Assembly (NCBI GenBank): GCA_038534095.1
Contig: JBCAXK010000031.1
Location: 1 to 19,942, forward strand
Length of the DNA stretch: 19,942 nt
From: Chlamydiota bacterium
GTDB taxonomy: Bacteria; Chlamydiota; Chlamydiia; Chlamydiales; SM23-39
Reading direction: 5' to 3'
Part shown: in pieces, positions 15,478-19,942 of the stretch
Numbering within the stretch: position 1 is the stretch's first letter
How the letters are laid out: every line of letters starts with the position of its first letter
Notes under the pieces: generated by a model
Databases searched by the model: none
Told to the model about the DNA's origin: nothing
What the model saw: only the letters and a program-made list of their open reading frames with translations
Position numbers and translations under genes: made by a program

Positions 15478-16344
15478 TTAAACAGACGCTGTTTTGCTGG
15501 CAATTTCTATAAATTCACGGGAAAACGCATCTTTCAACGCTTCTAAATTCCGCCTATATTCCTTCTCTAAGGCTTGATCTGTTTCAGGGAAACCTCTCTT
15601 AGGGATGCTTTGTTTATCTACATGAGTCCGCGTATTTTTGTACTCTTTTTCAAAGCGCGCATGTATGGCTCTTGTTCTCAAAATACATTCGAGCTCTTCC
15701 CCCGATAGTAGCTGCCACTTGCGCAAACTACGGACCGGGTACTTTTCTTCATTGTCCACAAAAGCAAATAGTGCGTGTTTTTCTTTCTTTTTTCGGAGAT
15801 GGTCTATCAAATTCCATTCTCTTACGCAAGCGCACACATCCTTGATATCATAGATTCCCCATTTGTCATATTTTTGAATCCACGCTTGTAAATAATCGCA
15901 GATTTGCAATAGAGATTTAATATCTGCATATACATCTGAACAGGCGACTTGTTGCTGAAATTTTGCTTGAAGGTCTTGAGGGGTATACAGGCGATTTTTG
16001 ATCAAGCGATCCCTTTGCTGACGAATAGCAGCTGCAAGGGTCATCTTTTTCAAAGACTCTCTTACCTGCTCAACCTCTGATGGATTGTTATAATCAATGA
16101 TTTTTCCTGCCCGGTAGAGTAAAACCGCTCCCCCAAGGGCTAAGCCCCACCCTAAGAAAAAAGAGTAGACATAACCGACCGTTATTACACGTGAGAGCCA
16201 AAAAAACGCAACAGCAGAAGATACCGCCAAAAAAGATATAGCGTATAAAAAAATTCGTTTCACTCGATTAGAGAGCCCATAAGGCTCAATACGTGAAACC
16301 GGAATGGTTGCATTTCTTCTAATTACAGGGCTACTTACACGCAT
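15478..16344 (-). CDS. Hypothetical protein with an N-terminal bilobed hydrophobic domain; candidate inclusion membrane (Inc) protein
   Basis: S/P-rich N-terminus, then IFLYAISFLAVSSAVAFFWL-SR-VITVGYVYSFFLGWGLALGGAVLLY, then a charged helical C-terminus. Confidence 0.75.
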   Translation of the reverse strand: MRVSSPVIRRNATIPVSRIEPYGLSNRVKRIFLYAISFLAVSSAVAFFWLSRVITVGYVYSFFLGWGLALGGAVLLYRAGKIIDYNNPSEVEQVRESLKKMTLAAAIRQQRDRLIKNRLYTPQDLQAKFQQQVACSDVYADIKSLLQICDYLQAWIQKYDKWGIYDIKDVCACVREWNLIDHLRKKKEKHALFAFVDNEEKYPVRSLRKWQLLSGEELECILRTRAIHARFEKEYKNTRTHVDKQSIPKRGFPETDQALEKEYRRNLEALKDAFSREFIEIASKTASV

Positions 16345-16373
16345 AATATTGTATCAATGTATTTGGAACATTA

Positions 16374-16991
16374 TTATACAATATGTGAAGAAAAAATGGG
16401 GTGTACATTTTTTTTTTGTAATTCGCGCAAAATGCGTTCTTGAACATGCGGATCTTTTGTGGTGAACTCTGAAGCATCGACTACAAAAAATACGCTCTCT
16501 AAAAAGGGGAGAGAGGCTGCATCGATCAAAGAATATTTTACGCAATAATCACCGGCCACTCCGACAACATATAGCTCCTGGACTTTCTCTTTTTGCAGCT
16601 CCTTTTCCAAAGAGGTAGCGACTTTCCCAGAGGCATCAAAAAAAGCGCTATAACTATCTACCGAAGATTTGACCCCTTTCCGAAAGATTTTTTTGATCGG
16701 AAGATCTCCAATCGGCTTCACAAGCTCTGCTCCTAACGTTTCTTGAACGCAATGGTCTGGCCAAAGAATTTGGGTGCCATAAGGGGCTCGAATTTCTTCT
16801 TGAGGACGCTTGCCATGATTTGAGGCAAAACTGATGTGATCTTTTGGATGCCAATCTTGGGTAGCATATATATGAGAAAATGTTTTGCTAAGAGCAATGA
16901 TCGGCGCAAACAGTCGATCGGCGCCAAAAACGGGCAAAGCCCCCCAGGGCATAAAATCATTTTGCATATCAATGATCAAAAGAGCTTTCAT
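16374..16991 (-). CDS. pncA: Nicotinamidase/pyrazinamidase
   Basis: IIDMQNDF (catalytic Asp), QDWHP, WPDHC, RKG..DSYSAF (Lys) and GVAGDYCV (Cys). ATGA overlap with the pncB stop and SD GGAGG. Confidence 0.95.
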   Translation of the reverse strand: MKALLIIDMQNDFMPWGALPVFGADRLFAPIIALSKTFSHIYATQDWHPKDHISFASNHGKRPQEEIRAPYGTQILWPDHCVQETLGAELVKPIGDLPIKKIFRKGVKSSVDSYSAFFDASGKVATSLEKELQKEKVQELYVVGVAGDYCVKYSLIDAASLPFLESVFFVVDASEFTTKDPHVQERILRELQKKNVHPIFSSHIV

Positions 16992-18466
16992 AGCAACACC
17001 TCCTCTACCAAGCGATTTCTTTTTTCAAAAAGGGGGGAGCTGATTCCTACAAAATAGGGGTCTGGTTGTTTCAGCGCTTTCGTACGCTCAGGAAGCCGCG
17101 AGAGCTCTTTTGCTACCCGTTTTTTGATCGTAGAAATCGAACAAGAGGGGTAGACAACCACCCCACGATCCACAAGAGGAACAAATAGGTCGATTTTTTC
17201 CCAGGTAGATGAAAGGCGTTTTCTCGTTCCTTGCGTTGGGTGATGGATCCAAGAGTCTTCAGCGTGCAAAACTCTTTTGTCGTAAATTTCATCACACTGG
17301 TAAGTCTGACCATCAAAATAACGAGCTACCTGCAAAATACCTGGCAAGGTTCTTTTCATAGGATCATCAGATAGTTTCATTTTATCGACCCACTCCCCTG
17401 CCTCATTTTGACATGCTGACAATTTGTATACCCCATCAAAAGCGGGCTGATCTTTCCCTGTAACAAGACTTGTCCCCACTCCCCAGATCGAGATTTTTGC
17501 CCCTTTTCTCTTGAGATCTTCAATCATGAACTCATCAAGTTCGTTGCTTGCCATGATTTTTGTATCAGAAAATCCGGCCCGATCTAAGATCGTACGAATC
17601 GATCTACTCAAAGAAAGAAGGTCGCCCGAGTCTAGGCGTACAGCAAAAAGAGAAAAACCTTCTTTTTTGCGCTGTTTTGCAATGTGAATCGCATTTTCTA
17701 CCCCCCGAATCGTATCGTAGGTATCTACAAGAAATACAGCGCTTTTGGGGGAAATTTCCACAAAACTCGCAAAGGCCTCGGATTCTTCTCTAAAAGCCAT
17801 CACCCAGCTGTGGGACATAGTGCCTCTAACCGGAATAGAAAAGAGTTTCCCAGCAAGCACATTGGACGTTGCATCGCACCCTCCAATCATGGCCGCTCTT
17901 GATGCGGAAATGGCTCCATCAATCCCTTGGGCTCTGCGCATACCAAACTCGACAACTTCATCGGAAGAAGCAGCCCATTTCACCCGAGCGGCTTTACTCG
18001 CAATTAAGGTTTGAAAATTGAAAATATTGAGCAAAGCTGTTTCTAAAATTTGCGCCTGCAAGAGGGGCCCTTCTACTCGCAACAGGGGTTCGTAGGGGAA
18101 AACAAGGCTCCCCTCTTCCATCCCATCGATGCTCAATGTGAGGCGCAAGTTTGCTAAATACTCTAAAAAGCCGCGCGGAAATAGGGGTGTCTTACCAGGG
18201 CTTTCTAAGCTGGCCAGATAGGCAAGATCCTCCTCCAGAAAGCGAAATTCTTGAAAAAACTCGAGAAAAGACCCTAAGCCTGCGAAGATGCCAAAGCCTC
18301 CTTGAAAGGGCCATTTCCTATAGGTGAAATAAAAAACCGCCTTTGTTTGATCGATCCTCTTTTTCCAGTAGCCGCAGGCCATGGTCAGCTGGTAAAGATC
18401 ACAAAATAGAGCAAGAGAGTTGTGATACAGTTTAGAAGATGGAGGTAAGTCTTGTTGGGAAAGCAT
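16988..18466 (-). CDS. pncB: Nicotinate phosphoribosyltransferase
   Basis: DLYQLTM, EFGMRRAQG, GTMSHSWV (phospho-His motif), LVDTYD, VRLDSGD, ASNELDE, GVGT and GVYKL. Confidence 0.96.
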   Translation of the reverse strand: MLSQQDLPPSSKLYHNSLALFCDLYQLTMACGYWKKRIDQTKAVFYFTYRKWPFQGGFGIFAGLGSFLEFFQEFRFLEEDLAYLASLESPGKTPLFPRGFLEYLANLRLTLSIDGMEEGSLVFPYEPLLRVEGPLLQAQILETALLNIFNFQTLIASKAARVKWAASSDEVVEFGMRRAQGIDGAISASRAAMIGGCDATSNVLAGKLFSIPVRGTMSHSWVMAFREESEAFASFVEISPKSAVFLVDTYDTIRGVENAIHIAKQRKKEGFSLFAVRLDSGDLLSLSRSIRTILDRAGFSDTKIMASNELDEFMIEDLKRKGAKISIWGVGTSLVTGKDQPAFDGVYKLSACQNEAGEWVDKMKLSDDPMKRTLPGILQVARYFDGQTYQCDEIYDKRVLHAEDSWIHHPTQGTRKRLSSTWEKIDLFVPLVDRGVVVYPSCSISTIKKRVAKELSRLPERTKALKQPDPYFVGISSPLFEKRNRLVEEVLL

Positions 18467-18827
18467 GGTTTTGCGTCATTTTTTTAGCAGCAGTTTTTTG
18501 CAGCAGCTCTTGTTTTTCTTTTTTTAACCGGGCAATTTTTTCTGCTACTTCTCGAGAAAGGCCCCGGTATTTTTCAGCTATTTCCCAGTGCTGCTTTGCG
18601 ATCACATACTGCCCTGAGCGAAATTGTAGCCGGTCTGCGAGCATTTCATGGCGAAGCGCTTTTGCCTCATAGCCTCTTTGCTTTTCTTCTAGCCATTCGA
18701 TTTCTTCATCGATGGCTCTGAGACGTTTCTCTTTTTCAGAAGAAAAACGGGCGGAAGCAGAGCAACCGAACAAAAATAGAAAGACAGAAAGAACTAGCCA
18801 AAACACTGGTTGGAACTTTTTATACAA
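18432..18827 (-). CDS. Predicted lipoprotein with a coiled-coil
   Basis: KK + hydrophobic core + lipobox LFG-C. E/K/R-rich heptad helices. TTG start. 3' end overlaps the pncB start by 35 nt. Confidence 0.75.
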   Translation of the reverse strand: MYKKFQPVFWLVLSVFLFLFGCSASARFSSEKEKRLRAIDEEIEWLEEKQRGYEAKALRHEMLADRLQFRSGQYVIAKQHWEIAEKYRGLSREVAEKIARLKKEKQELLQKTAAKKMTQNHAFPTRLTSIF

Positions 18828-18881
18828 TCGGCAAAAAAAGGTTTATTTTCATTAAACTCCCTTTTTTCTTATCCTGCAACT

Positions 18882-19769
18882 ATGTCTTGCGACCATAATC
18901 ATAGTTCCCTTTTTTCAGAGAAAAACCGGCTCTTAACTAGTATACTCATTGCGACGTTATTTACTCTAGTAGAGCTTACTGGAGGGTTTTTATCCAATAG
19001 TCTCGCTTTGCTATCGGACGCTTTGCATCTGTTTAGCGATGTGGGCGCTTTAGTGTTGGGTCTTCTGGTTCTTCGCTACGCAGAAAAACCAGCTTCTCAT
19101 ACAAAGACCTACGGCTACGCAAGAGCTGAAGCCTTAGGGGCCTTGCTAAGCGGCCTATTTTTATGGGGACTCATGGGCTACCTAATCTACGAGTCTGTTT
19201 TGCGATTTTTTTCTCCAGAAAGTGTCCAAGGCTCTATTGTCGTCATCACATCTCTTATTGCGCTCATTGCCAATGGACTCATGTTAAAACTACTACATGG
19301 AGATTCGTTTAGCCTAACAACAAAAGCCGCTTACCTTCATGTAGTGAGTGACCTGCTCGGATCGATCGGCGTTCTTGCAAACGGTCTCATCATTAGAACG
19401 ACAGGCTGGTACCGGATTGATCCGATTCTCAGCTTTTTCATTGCCTTTGTGATCATACGATCGACTTACCACACCATTGCCTCTGCGATCCATATTTTGA
19501 TGGAAGGCGCTCCGAAAAACCTTTGCACCAAAAAGATCCTAAGCACTCTCAACGATCTCCCTTCTGTAGAGGGGGTCCATGATCTCCACGTTTGGTGTAT
19601 CTCTTCAAAGAAGTCGTGTTTAAGTGCCCATTTAGTCACAGAGGAAGATCCCTTTCATCTCATAGAGCGCGCTACAGCGCTACTAAAACAACAGTTTTCC
19701 ATTGATCACATCACCTTGCAAATCGAACACCCACAAGCCTCTTCTTGCAAGCCCTTGCGAAAAGAGTGA
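18882..19769 (+). CDS. czcD: Cation diffusion facilitator family transporter (Zn/Co/Cd, CzcD/ZitB-like)
   Basis: SLALLSDALHLFSD (HxxxD), TYGYARAE, AYLHVVSD (HxxxD), HDLHVW and HITLQIE. His-containing N-terminus MSCDHNH. Confidence 0.93.
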   Translation: MSCDHNHSSLFSEKNRLLTSILIATLFTLVELTGGFLSNSLALLSDALHLFSDVGALVLGLLVLRYAEKPASHTKTYGYARAEALGALLSGLFLWGLMGYLIYESVLRFFSPESVQGSIVVITSLIALIANGLMLKLLHGDSFSLTTKAAYLHVVSDLLGSIGVLANGLIIRTTGWYRIDPILSFFIAFVIIRSTYHTIASAIHILMEGAPKNLCTKKILSTLNDLPSVEGVHDLHVWCISSKKSCLSAHLVTEEDPFHLIERATALLKQQFSIDHITLQIEHPQASSCKPLRKE

Positions 19770-19783
19770 CAAGCTTTTACACT
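19755..19783 (+). promoter_or_regulatory. sigma66/sigma70-type promoter, predicted leaderless start at ATG 19791
   Basis: TTGCGA (19755-19760), 17 nt, TACACT (19778-19783), 7 nt, ATG. No SD. Confidence 0.6.
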
Positions 19784-19790
19784 AATTGGT

Positions 19791-19942
19791 ATGTTTCGCA
19801 TTTTCCTTCTACTGACTTGCCTGCTCCTCTCCTCTCCCCTATTTCCCTATTCTTTGCAAAAGCACCTTCTAAAACAAAAGCGTTTTTGTCTGCCGAGCGA
19901 ACATGAACGAGAGATAAAATTTTTCCTTGTTGGAATACTGCG
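19791..19942 (+). CDS. 5' part of a signal-peptide-bearing hypothetical protein (runs off the window)
   Basis: MFRIFLLLTCLLLSSPLFPYSLQKHLLKQKRFCLPSEHEREIKFFLVGIL..., open to the window end. Not in the ORF track. Confidence 0.7.
   Translation, partial: MFRIFLLLTCLLLSSPLFPYSLQKHLLKQKRFCLPSEHEREIKFFLVGIL

Noticed and set aside
314..18672. Many short shadow ORFs in the track (e.g. 719-1012, 7963-8280, 10414-10824, 13156-13524, 14095-14613, 17745-18014)
   Set aside because: All lie antisense to or out of frame within confidently assigned genes and show no family motifs.
1..19942. CRISPR array, IS/transposase, integrase, prophage, tRNA/rRNA, recognisable defence system
   Set aside because: No regularly spaced repeats, terminal inverted repeats with transposase, recombinase motifs or cloverleaf structures were seen. 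The CPBP/Abi label alone does not indicate phage defence.

Overview
AT-rich, gene-dense bacterial chromosomal segment, most likely from an environmental chlamydia (phylum Chlamydiota). This is inferred from the chlamydial-type putative Na+/H+ antiporter next to a TyrP-family permease, Inc-like proteins with bilobed hydrophobic domains, and sigma66/sigma70-like promoters. The window holds 18 complete CDS and two probable partial CDS at the edges: a classical SDR, two candidate secreted or Inc-like hypotheticals, an HD-like (DUF6829-like) protein, a CPBP protease, a YbjT-like SDR-DUF2867 fusion, a minus-strand cluster (ABC ATPase, FtsX/LolE permease, OM beta-barrel, GluP), a DUF378 protein, an antiporter-tyrP pair, a lipoprotein-pncB-pncA nicotinamide salvage operon and a CDF zinc transporter. 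I found no rRNA, tRNA, CRISPR array or mobile element, and no clear-cut novel multi-gene system. The most unusual signals are: a perfect 14-bp hairpin hiding a consensus Shine-Dalgarno at the left edge; an exact 21-nt repeat shared in-frame by two unrelated genes 10,760 bp apart; a recurring leaderless promoter-ATG layout; a multi-hairpin intergenic region; and a TTCC-N3-GGAA palindrome at two neighbouring promoters. All family assignments come from motif recognition by eye, not from database searches.
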